Shown piece after piece: positions 53,601 through 62,868 of a DNA stretch of 64,000 nt. Position 1 is the stretch's first letter. Every line of letters begins with the position of its first letter. The translations under genes and the position numbers were made by a program. The notes under the pieces were generated by a model. It ran no database searches, had not been told where the DNA came from, and saw only the letters and a program-made list of their open reading frames with translations. Source of the stretch: Nitrospirota bacterium (lineage in GTDB: Bacteria; Nitrospirota; UBA9217); the NCBI GenBank assembly GCA_963818475.1, contig CAWFSF010000006.1:544001-608000 (forward strand), read 5' to 3'.

Positions 53601-56600
53601 ATACCGATCTGGAAACGGGCCTGTTCCGGTTCTCCGATGTACCAGCCGGCACCTTTACGCTCAGGGCGACCTACCCGAACAAGTCTACGGCAGCATCGGG
53701 CTCCGGATCTGTTGCCGGCGAGGGCTCGGTCGTACCCATGAATCTTACACTTGGGCCTGTGGCAGAGGTCACGGGTAGAGTTCTCAAGGCCGATACTACA
53801 ACACCGGCTGCGGGCGGCGGGGTGCGGCTAACCTGCGGCTACAAGACGTTCAATACCATCATTGATTCCAGCGGATCGTTCCAGTTCTCCTCCATTCCGG
53901 TCCCCTGTACGCTGATGCTCTATATGGTCGACGCGGAAGGTCTGGGCATCGGCTATTATTCCGGATCGCTCTTGGCCACCGACAACGGCAAGACCGTGGA
54001 TATCGGGACCGTCACGCTCGATGACAAGGTGATCTCCGTGCTCGGCGTCAATCCTGACACCGGGGCAGTGGATGTCCCGGTGACCACGCAGACCGTGTCG
54101 ATAACCTTCTCCGAACCTGCCGATCCGGCCACGGTGAACAATTCCACGATCTACGTTCAGAAGGGGAGCACCCGGTACTGGTGGCCGGTCAGTTTGAACG
54201 CCGACCATACGATCGCATCGATCACGCCGCCCGTTCAGGGGCTCGACAGCTTCACGCTCTATACCGTGGTTGTGGCGGCCAGTGTCAAGGACCGTGTTGG
54301 GAGGACGCTGCCGAATCCCTTCAGCAGCACCTTTACGACGAGAGACACCCTGCCGCCCGCCGTACAGTCTGTGTCTCCGGCGAATGGAACCCTTCAGGCA
54401 GCCCTGGACAGCGTGATACGCGTTACCTTCTCCGAGAGCATCGCCCAGAATTCCACCGGCGGCTTCAGTCTTCTGGTGGGCGGAGCTTCCGTTGAGACGC
54501 GAGTCGACCTCGTCCAGGGAAACACCGTCGCGATCCTGACTCCGATAGCAGCTCTCTCACCCAACGCGACCTACATGGTCATGGTCAGTGGTGCAAAGGA
54601 CGCGGTCGGGAATGTGATGGCAGGGACGCATGTGTCGACCTTCGCAACCATAGATACCATCGTTCCGACCGTGACGAACCTCACGGTCACCGGCGATCTG
54701 ATCAAGGGGAACACGATATCCGCGGTTGCTACAGTGGCGGATACCGACATAGCCTTTGTCGATTTCTTCATGGATAATGTGCTTGTTGCAACAGACAGCA
54801 CCGCACCGTACACTCAGAACATAGTCCTTTCCAAGGAAGGCACCGTTTACCTCAGGGCCGTGGCTCAGGACAAGGTCGGCAACCGGGGCTTGTCATACCC
54901 CCAGCCGGCCATGGAACTGACCATTGCCCAGGACCAGGCCCCGGGTGTGTCCATAACCTCGCCCGCGAACAACAGCACGGTCAACACCGGCTCTTCGTTC
55001 AATGTCTCGGTCACGGCAACGGACGATCTCTTTGCCAAGGATATCACACTCACTTCTACAGGCGAGGTCATCGTTACCCAGACGAAGACCCAGAGCACCG
55101 GCAAGACTTTCCCCACGAACTTCAATGTTGCCGTGCCCCAGGGAGCATTGCCCGGAGGGACCATCACCCTCACGGCAGTTGCTAAAGACTCGGCAGGCCA
55201 GGCAAGTCTGCCTGCAACGATCAGCGTAACGGTTCACGACAATCTTGCGCCGGTGGTAAGCATTACGAGCCCTGGCGTTGCCACGAAGTACCTTCCCGGC
55301 GAGACCGGCACCGCAACGGTCGCCGTGAGCGATAATGCAGGAGTTGTTTCGATCTCCTGTACGGTTTCCGGCGCTGGTTCCGGAGGTCAGACGTTCACCA
55401 TCGCCCCGGCGCAGAAAACAACGTCCCAGAACTTCAATTTCACCGTGTCACCGTCAGCTGCGCCCTATGCAGGGATCACCCTCTCCTGCACTGCGGATGA
55501 CGCGAGCGGAAACCACGGTACTGCGAGCCTCGGCATGTCTGTAGCGGACATCGTGCCGCCGGTCGTGGCGACTACATCAATACCGGACAACGCCGTTAAT
55601 ATTCAGGCCCGGCCTGTTGTCGGTATCACGTTCAACGAAACCCTGCTCCCTGCCTCGGTCAACGGTGCTACTGTAAGCCTGAGCCAGGAAGGCGGCGCTA
55701 TGGTAACAGGTATTGTCGGACTTTCTGCGGACCGCAAGACCGTGAGCTTCACGCCGCAGCAGAACCTGATCATGGCAACGACCTATACGCTCACGATCTC
55801 CGCAGAGGTGAAGGACGAGGCAGGCAATGCGCTCGCAGCGGAATATGCCCTGCACTTTACGACAGACGGCACACCGCCGGCCCTGTCAGCTTCTTCCATC
55901 ACGGACAATGCCGTGGACGTGCCGGTTTCGGCCGCCATCACCGTGTCGTTCAACGAGGCCCTTGCCGTCGCAACAGTCAACGCCGGCTCAGTGGGCCTGG
56001 CCCTGAACGACGGGACCGGAGCTGCTGTTCCGGGCACGGTCGGGCTTTCAGCGGACCACAAGACCATCACGTTCACGCCGGGTTCGGACCTGGTCAAGGG
56101 CAAGACGTACCGGTTTACGATCACTTCGTCTGTCACGGATGAGATCGGGAATGCAATGTCAGGCACTATCATCATCCGGTTCACGACAGTCCTTCCGGAC
56201 ACTATGGCCCCGAAGGTCCAGTCCGTGACACCGGCGAATGGAACCCAGGGCGTTTCCGCCGCAACGGCGATCACCGTCAGCTTCGATGAACCCGTGGACC
56301 GGTCCACGGTCACGCAGGACAGCTTCATCCTGTCCTCGGCAACAGGCACCGTGCCGGGCATCATCACCTTCAACCAGAACAACACAGTCGCCACCTTCCG
56401 GCCGGCTGCGCAACTTTCGTTCATCACGAGTTATGCGGTTATGCTCAAGGCAGGGATTGCCGACCTTGTGGGGAATGCCACAACCGTCGACTACCAATCG
56501 AGCTTTATGACCGGCGGGTTCAGCATCACGAGCCCGCGCCAGAATGCCTACGTCATCCAGGGCAGGACCATTGCACTCACTGCTGCAGTGGAAGGGAGTC

Positions 56601-59600
56601 AGGGTATCTCGGCCGTGAAATTCTATGTGGACAATGTGCTGGTGGGGACAAAGACCGGCACGCCGTTCACCGTAGACTACCTCGTGCCGGTCTCGGGCGG
56701 CACCACCTATCCCGCTATTACCGCCGAGGGAGTGACTGCGGGTCCGAGCATCTGGGCTCCGGGCATTGCCGTGGTGGCGCTTGGAGAAGCGGATGCGATA
56801 GCGGACCCTGACGACGACGGGCTCACCAATGCAGAGGAGATAGAGCTCGGCACCGATCCCAACAAATTCGACAGCGATGGCGACGGGCTCTCCGACTTCG
56901 ATGAGGTTCGGACCCACCTGACAGACCCGCTCAATCCCGACACGGACGGCGACGGTCTCCTGGACGGATGGGAGATCATGTACCAGTACAACCCGATGGC
57001 CGCGGATAGCGACGGGAATGGGACGCCAGACGGCGAGGAAGATCCGGACGCAGACGGGCTCAGGAACAAGTGGGAACAATGCCTCGGCCTGAATCCCCGG
57101 GCGATCAGGACCGATGGCACGAACCTTGACGCGAACCGGGACGACGACCGCGACGGGTGGAAGAACATCGACGAGGTGAACATTTATCATACCAGCCCAT
57201 GCCAGGCAGATACGGACGGCGACGGCGTGGTCGACCCTGACGAGAAGAATATTCTCAATACGAACCCCAACGACCCGGCAGATCTGTACGGCACGGACTT
57301 CGTCTTGAGCGGAGGGAAAACGATAAGGATAGAGGGTCGTGCGTACTTCAACAGTCTGACGGTGACCGGCAATTCCACGATTGCGGCTTTAGCCGCCTCG
57401 ACAAAACAGGTTTCGAAAGTTGAGATAGAGGTAGCAGGGAGCCTGGCAATTGATGCGGGGTCCAAGATCGACGCTACGGGCAAGGGATATCTTGGCGGCT
57501 ATTCCGGCGGGAACGACAGTTACAACGGCCGGACGATCGGCAACACGACCACCGGCGGGAGCGCCTACTACAGCGGAGCGAGCTACGGCGGCTTGGGCGG
57601 TAAATACGGTACATACGCGGTGAATGCGGCGTATGGCGATCTGATGAACCCCGATGAGGTCGGCAGCGGCGGCGGCGCGTATTCCAGTTCAGCCAGTTAT
57701 GCAGGGGGGAACGGCGGCGGGTTGGTGAAGATCAAGGCCGGGACGCTGCATGTGGACGGAAGCATTTTGGCGGACGGCGAAAGCAAATTTAACGCATCCG
57801 GCTGGCTCATGAGCGGTGGGAGCGGCGGCGGGATAGTGATCAACGCGTCAACACTTTCCGGGACAGGAACGCTCAGCGCGAAAGGCGGTTCGACGTCCGC
57901 ATACAGTAATGGTACCGGAGGCGGCGGCGCGGGCGGCGGTGGGAGGATCGCAATTTACTATGATGTGCTTTCGCTTTCTACGACGAGCATCATAGCCTCG
58001 GGCGGAAAGAACGGCAACGGCACCACGGTCGCATACAACGGCGGGGCCGGGACCGTGTATCTCAAATCGAGCAGCCAGATGCAGGGTGATCTGGTTATAA
58101 ACAACAACGGTATAATCACCACGAATACGACTCCTGTCACCGGTGGGACGTATGAGAGCGTGAAGGTCAGTGGAGGAGCCACCGCATCAATGAACGGTAC
58201 GCTGGTCCCCGGCGGCGCTCTGGTCATCGCAGACAGCACCATGACCTTCGCGTCCGGATTCAGCGTAGGAGGCGATCTGCTGCTTAGCAACAGCCAGGTG
58301 ACGTTCTCCGGCGCAGTCTCCGTGCCAGGAAACCTTACGCTTGTTAAGAGCACCCTAACCTCGTTTGTTGCAATAAACGTTGCGGGCACGCTTACGCTTC
58401 AGGATCAGAGTGTCATAACCCATGCCGGAGCGACCACAACGAGCCAGTATATGCTCGATATCGAGGCTGCGCATATCACCATCGATTCAACCTCCCGGAT
58501 CGACGCTACGGGCAAGGGATATCTTGGCGGCTATTCCGGCGGGAACGACAGTTACAACGGCCGGACGATCGGCAACACGACCACCGGCGGGAGCGCCTAC
58601 TACAGCGGAGCGAGCTACGGCGGCTTGGGCGGTAAATACGGTACATACGCGGTGAATGCGGCGTATGGCGATCTGATGAACCCCGATGAGGTCGGCAGCG
58701 GCGGCGGCGCGTATTCCAGTTCAGCCAGTTATGCAGGGGGGAACGGCGGCGGGTTGGTGAAGATCAAGGCCGGGACGCTGCATGTGGACGGAAGCATTTT
58801 GGCGGACGGCGAAAGCAAATTTAACGCATCCGGCTGGCTCATGAGCGGTGGGAGCGGCGGCGGGATAGTGATCAACGCGTCAACACTTTCCGGGACAGGA
58901 ACGCTCAGCGCGAAAGGCGGTTCGACGTCCGCATACAGTAATGGTACCGGAGGCGGCGGCGCGGGCGGCGGTGGGAGGATCGCAATTTACTATGATGTGC
59001 TTTCGCTTTCTACGACGAGCATCATAGCCTCGGGCGGAAAGAACGGCAACGGCACCACGGTCGCATACAACGGCGGGGCCGGGACCGTGTATCTCAAATC
59101 GAGCAGCCAGATGCAGGGTGATCTGGTTATAAACAACAACGGTATAATCACCACGAATACGACTCCTGTCACCGGTGGGACGTATGAGAGCGTGAAGGTC
59201 AGTGGAGGAGCCACCGCATCAATGAACGGTACGCTGGTCCCCGGCGGCGCTCTGGTCATCGCAGACAGCACCATGACCTTCGCGTCCGGATTCAGCGTAG
59301 GAGGCGATCTGCTGCTTAGCAACAGCCAGGTGACGTTCTCCGGCGCAGTCTCCGTGCCAGGAAACCTTACGCTTGTTAAGAGCACCCTAACCTCGTTTGT
59401 TGCAATAAACGTTACGGGCACGCTTACGCTTCAGGATCAGAGTGTCATAACCCATGCCGGAGCGACCACAACGAGCCAGTATATGCTCGATATCGAGGCT
59501 GCGCATATCACCATCGATTCAACCTCCCGGATCGACGCTACGGGCAAGGGATATCTTGGCGGCTATTCCGGCGGGAACGACAGTTACAACGGCCGGACGA

Positions 59601-62311
59601 TCGGCAACACGACCACCGGCGGGAGCGCCTACTACAGCGGAGCGAGCTACGGCGGCTTGGGCGGTAAATACGGTACATACGCGGTGAATGCGGCGTATGG
59701 CGATCTGATGAACCCCGATGAGGTCGGCAGCGGCGGCGGCGCGTATTCCAGTTCAGCCAGTTATGCAGGGGGGAACGGCGGCGGGTTGGTGAAGATCAAG
59801 GCCGGGACGCTGCATGTGGACGGAAGCATTTTGGCGGACGGCGAAAGCAAATTTAACGCATCCGGCTGGCTCATGAGCGGTGGGAGCGGCGGCGGGATAG
59901 TGATCAACGCGTCAACACTTTCCGGGACAGGAACGCTCAGCGCGAAAGGCGGTTCGACGTCCGCATACAGTAATGGTACCGGAGGCGGCGGCGCGGGCGG
60001 CGGTGGGAGGATCGCAATTTACTATGATGTGCTTTCGCTTTCTACGACGAGCATCATAGCCTCGGGCGGAAAGAACGGCAACGGCACCACGGTCGCATAC
60101 AACGGCGGGGCCGGGACCGTGTATCTCAAATCGAGCAGCCAGATGCAGGGTGATCTGGTTATAAACAACAACGGTATAATCACCACGAATACGACTCCTG
60201 TCACCGGTGGGACGTATGAGAGCGTGAAGGTCAGTGGAGGAGCCACCGCATCAATGAACGGTACGCTGGTCCCCGGCGGCGCTCTGGTCATCGCAGACAG
60301 CACCATGACCTTCGCGTCCGGATTCAGCGTAGGAGGCGATCTGCTGCTTAGCAACAGCCAGGTGACGTTCTCCGGCGCAGTCTCCGTGCCAGGAAACCTT
60401 ACGCTTGTTAAGAGCACCCTAACCTCGTTTGTTGCAATAAACGTTGCGGGCACGCTTACGCTTCAGGATCAGAGTGTCATAACCCATGCCGGAGCGACCA
60501 CAACGAGCCAGTATATGCTCGATATCGAGGCTGCGCATATCACCATCGATTCAACCTCCCGGATCGACGCTACGGGCAAGGGATATCTTGGCGGCTATTC
60601 CGGCGGGAACGACAGTTACAACGGCCGGACGATCGGCAACACGACCACCGGCGGGAGCGCCTACTACAGCGGAGCGAGCTACGGCGGCTTGGGCGGTAAA
60701 TACGGTACATACGCGGTGAATGCGGCGTATGGCGATCTGATGAACCCCGATGAGGTCGGCAGCGGCGGCGGCGCGTATTCCAGTTCAGCCAGTTATGCAG
60801 GGGGGAACGGCGGCGGGTTGGTGAAGATCAAGGCCGGGACGCTGCATGTGGACGGAAGCATTTTGGCGGACGGCGAAAGCAAATTTAACGCATCCGGCTG
60901 GCTCATGAGCGGTGGGAGCGGCGGCGGGATAGTGATCAACGCGTCAACACTTTCCGGGACAGGAACGCTCAGCGCGAAAGGCGGTTCGACGTCCGCATAC
61001 AGTAATGGTACCGGAGGCGGCGGCGCGGGCGGCGGTGGGAGGATCGCAATTTACTATGATGTGCTTTCGCTTTCTACGACGAGCATCATAGCCTCGGGCG
61101 GAAAGAACGGCAACGGCACCACGGTCGCATACAACGGCGGGGCCGGGACCGTATATCTCAAATCGAGCAGCCAGATGCAGGGTGATCTGGTTATTGATAA
61201 TCAGGACTTGGATACTAATGATAACTCGACACCGTTGCTTTCGATTGGTTCCGGGATAGTATCAACGATCACGGCAACAAGCCTTACCAACGATTTAGCG
61301 GCCTGGACGCCAGGCTCGCTCAAGGGCGCCACGATCAATCCGAATGTCAATCAGGGAACTATTTTCACGGTTATCGATAATACCTCCACAACACTCTATG
61401 TCGACCCTGCAGATGGAGATCTGACTGCGGTTGCGACGGCCGGCAATACCTATTCCGGCGTTATACGGCTATATACGTTGACCCTTCGGGGAAAAGCCAA
61501 GGTCCTTTGCCTTGATCGCTTCGAGATCGATTCGGAATTGCATGCGGACAAAAGCAGCTTTACTGCGGTTCATCTTGCGGCAGTCAAGGCAACTCTGAGC
61601 AACGGAGCCCTGCTGACCCATCCGAATGCTTCGCTCACGAACGAATACAGGCTTGTAATGAACGTAACCGACGCCCTATCCATCGATACGAACTCTATAA
61701 TCGACGTCACGGGCAAGGGCTATCTTGGAGGGTATTCGGGAGGCAGTACCAGCATGACAGGCAGGACCGTGGGGAACACAACCGTCGGCGGGAGCACGTC
61801 GTACAATGGAGGAAGCTACGGAGGGAAAGGCGGTATCTACACCAGCGGCAGCTCGAACGCCATATATCCCGATCCGGCAAATCCAGAATCGGAAAAACAT
61901 CCTGAGCATGTGGGCAGCGGCGGCGGCGCTTATTCCAGCTCTGCCGCATACGCAGGCGGGAACGGCGGCGGTCTCATACAGATAACGGCCGGCTCGCTGC
62001 AACTGGATGGAAACATAACGGCTGACGGAGAGAATAGAATTAACACGAGCGGATATTACTATGGCGCCGGGAGCGGCGGCGGAATCCTGCTTGACGTAGG
62101 GATTCTTACCGGTGACATCACCGGAAGGGTCAGCGCCATGGGCGGGGCAAGCACGTACGGAGGCGCTGGTGGTGGCGGACGTATCGCAATCTACTATGCG
62201 GACAAGACCGGGTTTAATGGGACAGCATTATCGGATGGCGGCTTGAGTGGCAACGGGAGTACGCCTTCCAGGAACGGTGGGGCCGGAACCGTGTACTCTC
62301 AGCCAAAATAG
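47699..62311 (+). CDS. Giant secreted surface protein (about 4870 aa): carboxypeptidase-regulatory-like and Ig repeats, DxDxDG Ca-binding repeats, Gly-rich beta-helix-like repeats
   Basis: SD AAGGA then MKKLLYILLAVLLASSLCGVSFA; G.V.G.V...G.P repeats; F.EP.D..T Ig domains; DSDGDGL.D repeats; GGGSGG/GGGGRIAIYY repeats. Confidence 0.9.
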   Translation: MKKLLYILLAVLLASSLCGVSFAQQTPTPIANMTFSIVGMTMQAGPEYQAVPKGIASQVNTGFESNGEPISAELAAMLPKDFKVQAELTGPTYATPLTLTTTPGQPFPLPTFPMLGKYSLSNIRVVDGAGKAFMAATPQSVTIESISDPLITSVTTRPLTLQEIQDRGVVVDSTNFTVYEFTAAIGTESNQQPLNFPVLIPNQTQAQNVQDLPPPTEIGLTEQEVNVLPPNLNLPENISISGFVMAADDEMMDKLGGYALPPIPGVIIIPNNIGFLNQYFSALLMVTNGAPGASNLVVKDLKGTIIMPVGEDQTPGTDAAPGDDPLRMAKGADAYFPRTAAVINAGPDGKIGTSDDTGLLRPAESGQADFTIEGRREGTHKIDFNISATLEGLPIGPITITGKATGAVLVRNPDFSITLGHPATVRAGEEYDLFITITNTSKSIANLVSTHMDPRALSGAVMVAGEDPDKRIDTILPGSSATVKYRLLSQRTGKVTATAFVADPNVTGRFVLRVGVGELGIPLSPDSLIIPYTGSLPQNIVDAAVGLLGQAWSVATAPTGALPSDVLPISRQTIVSRANDLSEAGLRILYGEQAVKAVEDLAFDFIGSDNANVGLDSLRRRSTQGQSLNAAIAGVLQSEVQSVGAMVFQSGFADLMTYRPGHLSVITTEAPVFVQVTEAGGKRVGALGTGDLYREISYADQLTLTEGTNGQGQGTRSTLSLITKLGSASYRLDVKAAADASFDIGIVVPGASTLRQVRFSNLSLAAESNAWVELLPGTDTEYVLNIDVNGDGVADQSVVSSISTILDPGPRVVAATQMTPLVGPGGDKHGRNVAVLFSERVNKLAAEDLANYAVEENAARLVKLQPSGRMAFVLLRDGIGPFFGSAGSDGKFYGRAITVSGLTDRLGKAMDAPETRPIVITAIGPAAVVSGTVRTAQGTPISDARIRLLQPVWVERYFVREIEYLIFSEKPVNADGTYRFEYVFRNDDPAGPFMIEAVNAATNEAGQITAAVQAHGQRLSLDIFMKAKGNVTGAVLDESGNAVAGATVQLDTLNDSRQYFTTTDATGSFSFLNVRVGAFRLKAVSVALYAEGLIMGTLSEDGGNTVQNITIYKVAGIAKGDVAGKVLGTDGNPRSGVVVIVRSGERYQNWMRSGPDGSFSFTGVTAGNLTLDARDDATGETARVSGTLVENTTAVFNVLLKGIGAFECRVIREDGLSLEGFTVIAEVGYTKQAALTDASGIARFQNMPVGDIRASLPDPRNPSASPLAQGTTVLQAADETAFITLFIPFKAMATGGIQGSVYRRTGEIWPNAEVRLVTDLMSLKYKPYRSDAQGRFVIPDPDPTKNDILPLGTYYLIARDGAEIANAHVSLWYDGQVKTQDLSAAGMGSVKGTIYDQTGVDQNNNPVLMPAGADVLLFSVKPSLVGWLQFDSSTPTAVKSDPQTGKYSIPGVYAGNVSVRASNIFKPTQVLANGSLTQNGQAVTLDLTLKDTFGSISGHVLLPDGSPAGPGIGVTITYGNPPATVTVRTGDSGEFQFRPVVPAGSYRVLVEDPISTLKAQTYVAVPAGKDVPVDIRLLGRGAVIVNVVDAAGAVVSGAEITVSGSGFPQDTAAGTTDQSGSAVFLNLTEGSYAVSAKDGNNLGGRAQGSIPADNASVTVTVTLAPSGTVIGRFLKADNATLIAGGQVKLMNSSRQVIAYSSSSSEPANPGVFRFEYVPLGDFILEGFDPLTDRKGIGGARLTFNGQTVSADITVTPQGVVKGTVLNNAGTSPVDGALVSISVTGVSTWAYSTVTAPDGGYLFAGVPAGKFTISVTDPATNLRGSAAGTISSENEIARADVRLQASGGIQGTVYLPDGVTPAQNVVVSVTPGSKTVQTNAQGSFGFTGLVAGVTYSITASELGTHRVRRTSAVITYEGEVAQADVTLYGVGTVEGLVYDSDGTTVLTGAKVDLQAYGIGSITSLSVTVYTDLETGLFRFSDVPAGTFTLRATYPNKSTAASGSGSVAGEGSVVPMNLTLGPVAEVTGRVLKADTTTPAAGGGVRLTCGYKTFNTIIDSSGSFQFSSIPVPCTLMLYMVDAEGLGIGYYSGSLLATDNGKTVDIGTVTLDDKVISVLGVNPDTGAVDVPVTTQTVSITFSEPADPATVNNSTIYVQKGSTRYWWPVSLNADHTIASITPPVQGLDSFTLYTVVVAASVKDRVGRTLPNPFSSTFTTRDTLPPAVQSVSPANGTLQAALDSVIRVTFSESIAQNSTGGFSLLVGGASVETRVDLVQGNTVAILTPIAALSPNATYMVMVSGAKDAVGNVMAGTHVSTFATIDTIVPTVTNLTVTGDLIKGNTISAVATVADTDIAFVDFFMDNVLVATDSTAPYTQNIVLSKEGTVYLRAVAQDKVGNRGLSYPQPAMELTIAQDQAPGVSITSPANNSTVNTGSSFNVSVTATDDLFAKDITLTSTGEVIVTQTKTQSTGKTFPTNFNVAVPQGALPGGTITLTAVAKDSAGQASLPATISVTVHDNLAPVVSITSPGVATKYLPGETGTATVAVSDNAGVVSISCTVSGAGSGGQTFTIAPAQKTTSQNFNFTVSPSAAPYAGITLSCTADDASGNHGTASLGMSVADIVPPVVATTSIPDNAVNIQARPVVGITFNETLLPASVNGATVSLSQEGGAMVTGIVGLSADRKTVSFTPQQNLIMATTYTLTISAEVKDEAGNALAAEYALHFTTDGTPPALSASSITDNAVDVPVSAAITVSFNEALAVATVNAGSVGLALNDGTGAAVPGTVGLSADHKTITFTPGSDLVKGKTYRFTITSSVTDEIGNAMSGTIIIRFTTVLPDTMAPKVQSVTPANGTQGVSAATAITVSFDEPVDRSTVTQDSFILSSATGTVPGIITFNQNNTVATFRPAAQLSFITSYAVMLKAGIADLVGNATTVDYQSSFMTGGFSITSPRQNAYVIQGRTIALTAAVEGSQGISAVKFYVDNVLVGTKTGTPFTVDYLVPVSGGTTYPAITAEGVTAGPSIWAPGIAVVALGEADAIADPDDDGLTNAEEIELGTDPNKFDSDGDGLSDFDEVRTHLTDPLNPDTDGDGLLDGWEIMYQYNPMAADSDGNGTPDGEEDPDADGLRNKWEQCLGLNPRAIRTDGTNLDANRDDDRDGWKNIDEVNIYHTSPCQADTDGDGVVDPDEKNILNTNPNDPADLYGTDFVLSGGKTIRIEGRAYFNSLTVTGNSTIAALAASTKQVSKVEIEVAGSLAIDAGSKIDATGKGYLGGYSGGNDSYNGRTIGNTTTGGSAYYSGASYGGLGGKYGTYAVNAAYGDLMNPDEVGSGGGAYSSSASYAGGNGGGLVKIKAGTLHVDGSILADGESKFNASGWLMSGGSGGGIVINASTLSGTGTLSAKGGSTSAYSNGTGGGGAGGGGRIAIYYDVLSLSTTSIIASGGKNGNGTTVAYNGGAGTVYLKSSSQMQGDLVINNNGIITTNTTPVTGGTYESVKVSGGATASMNGTLVPGGALVIADSTMTFASGFSVGGDLLLSNSQVTFSGAVSVPGNLTLVKSTLTSFVAINVAGTLTLQDQSVITHAGATTTSQYMLDIEAAHITIDSTSRIDATGKGYLGGYSGGNDSYNGRTIGNTTTGGSAYYSGASYGGLGGKYGTYAVNAAYGDLMNPDEVGSGGGAYSSSASYAGGNGGGLVKIKAGTLHVDGSILADGESKFNASGWLMSGGSGGGIVINASTLSGTGTLSAKGGSTSAYSNGTGGGGAGGGGRIAIYYDVLSLSTTSIIASGGKNGNGTTVAYNGGAGTVYLKSSSQMQGDLVINNNGIITTNTTPVTGGTYESVKVSGGATASMNGTLVPGGALVIADSTMTFASGFSVGGDLLLSNSQVTFSGAVSVPGNLTLVKSTLTSFVAINVTGTLTLQDQSVITHAGATTTSQYMLDIEAAHITIDSTSRIDATGKGYLGGYSGGNDSYNGRTIGNTTTGGSAYYSGASYGGLGGKYGTYAVNAAYGDLMNPDEVGSGGGAYSSSASYAGGNGGGLVKIKAGTLHVDGSILADGESKFNASGWLMSGGSGGGIVINASTLSGTGTLSAKGGSTSAYSNGTGGGGAGGGGRIAIYYDVLSLSTTSIIASGGKNGNGTTVAYNGGAGTVYLKSSSQMQGDLVINNNGIITTNTTPVTGGTYESVKVSGGATASMNGTLVPGGALVIADSTMTFASGFSVGGDLLLSNSQVTFSGAVSVPGNLTLVKSTLTSFVAINVAGTLTLQDQSVITHAGATTTSQYMLDIEAAHITIDSTSRIDATGKGYLGGYSGGNDSYNGRTIGNTTTGGSAYYSGASYGGLGGKYGTYAVNAAYGDLMNPDEVGSGGGAYSSSASYAGGNGGGLVKIKAGTLHVDGSILADGESKFNASGWLMSGGSGGGIVINASTLSGTGTLSAKGGSTSAYSNGTGGGGAGGGGRIAIYYDVLSLSTTSIIASGGKNGNGTTVAYNGGAGTVYLKSSSQMQGDLVIDNQDLDTNDNSTPLLSIGSGIVSTITATSLTNDLAAWTPGSLKGATINPNVNQGTIFTVIDNTSTTLYVDPADGDLTAVATAGNTYSGVIRLYTLTLRGKAKVLCLDRFEIDSELHADKSSFTAVHLAAVKATLSNGALLTHPNASLTNEYRLVMNVTDALSIDTNSIIDVTGKGYLGGYSGGSTSMTGRTVGNTTVGGSTSYNGGSYGGKGGIYTSGSSNAIYPDPANPESEKHPEHVGSGGGAYSSSAAYAGGNGGGLIQITAGSLQLDGNITADGENRINTSGYYYGAGSGGGILLDVGILTGDITGRVSAMGGASTYGGAGGGGRIAIYYADKTGFNGTALSDGGLSGNGSTPSRNGGAGTVYSQPK
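57466..61194 (+). repeat. 1032-bp (344-aa) tandem repeat, about 3.6 near-identical copies
   Basis: Units start at 57466, 58498, 59530 and 60562; only two substitutions noticed (near 59414 and 61153); a diverged extra copy lies at about 61700-62300. Confidence 0.95.
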
Positions 62312-62444
62312 AAAAAATCCGAAGGAGTGGATCATTCAACAGGGGGTGTAATTTTTCAACGACTTACTAAGCCGAATTGAATGTGGAAGACCATTGTAGA
62401 AATTATTTTGACTTTGTCGTTTCTCCATGTTATAAAGCACCCAC

Positions 62445-62610
62445 ATATCGACCACATCCAGGCGAAGGGAATCCCGTTAAAATCGGGAGCGGACCCGCCG
62501 CTGTAATCCCGGCCCAGAAGCATCTGGGCCATACTTGCTGCCAGAACATGCCACTGACCTTTAATTTGGTTGGGAAGGCAGGCAGCGAGGGGAGAGCCAG
62601 AAGACCTGCA
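62445..62610 (+). ncRNA. Cobalamin riboswitch 1 (approximate bounds)
   Basis: AGGGAATCCCGTTAAAATCGGGAGCGGACCCGCCGCTGTAA...GCCACTG...GGGAAGGC...GAGCCAGAAGACCTGC. Confidence 0.88.
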
Positions 62611-62668
62611 TGGATGCTCTCGCACTGTCTTCGGCGTTAAGACCTGGTGTGGGTTAATAGCATCTATT

Positions 62669-62710
62669 AATCCCCCGTCTTCCTCATGAAGGCGGGGGAT
62701 TTTTGTTTTT
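62669..62710 (+). terminator. Riboswitch-associated intrinsic terminator
   Basis: AATCCCCCGTCTTC-ctcat-GAAGGCGGGGGATT followed by a T-rich tail. Confidence 0.8.
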
Positions 62711-62727
62711 GCTGTATGTACTTTTCG

Positions 62728-62868
62728 GAGGAATAAGAAAGCGGAAAGGGGTGAGATTCCCCTGCTGTCGCGCAACTGTGATGGAAACGAAAGCCGATTG
62801 TGCCACTGCCTACAGGGCGGGAAGGCCGGCGAGTAGGTTGTCCTAAGCCAGGAGACGTCTTATTCCGA
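62728..62868 (+). ncRNA. Cobalamin riboswitch 2 (approximate bounds)
   Basis: GGAAAGGGGTGAGATTCCCCTGCTGTCGCGCAACTGTGA...GCCACTG...GGGAAGGC...AAGCCAGGAGAC; closed by GAATAAGA/TCTTATTC. Confidence 0.85.

Noticed and set aside
57466-62311. Diversity-generating retroelement template/variable repeat pair
   Set aside because: No reverse transcriptase in the window; the repeats are long in-frame domain duplications without adenine-specific variation
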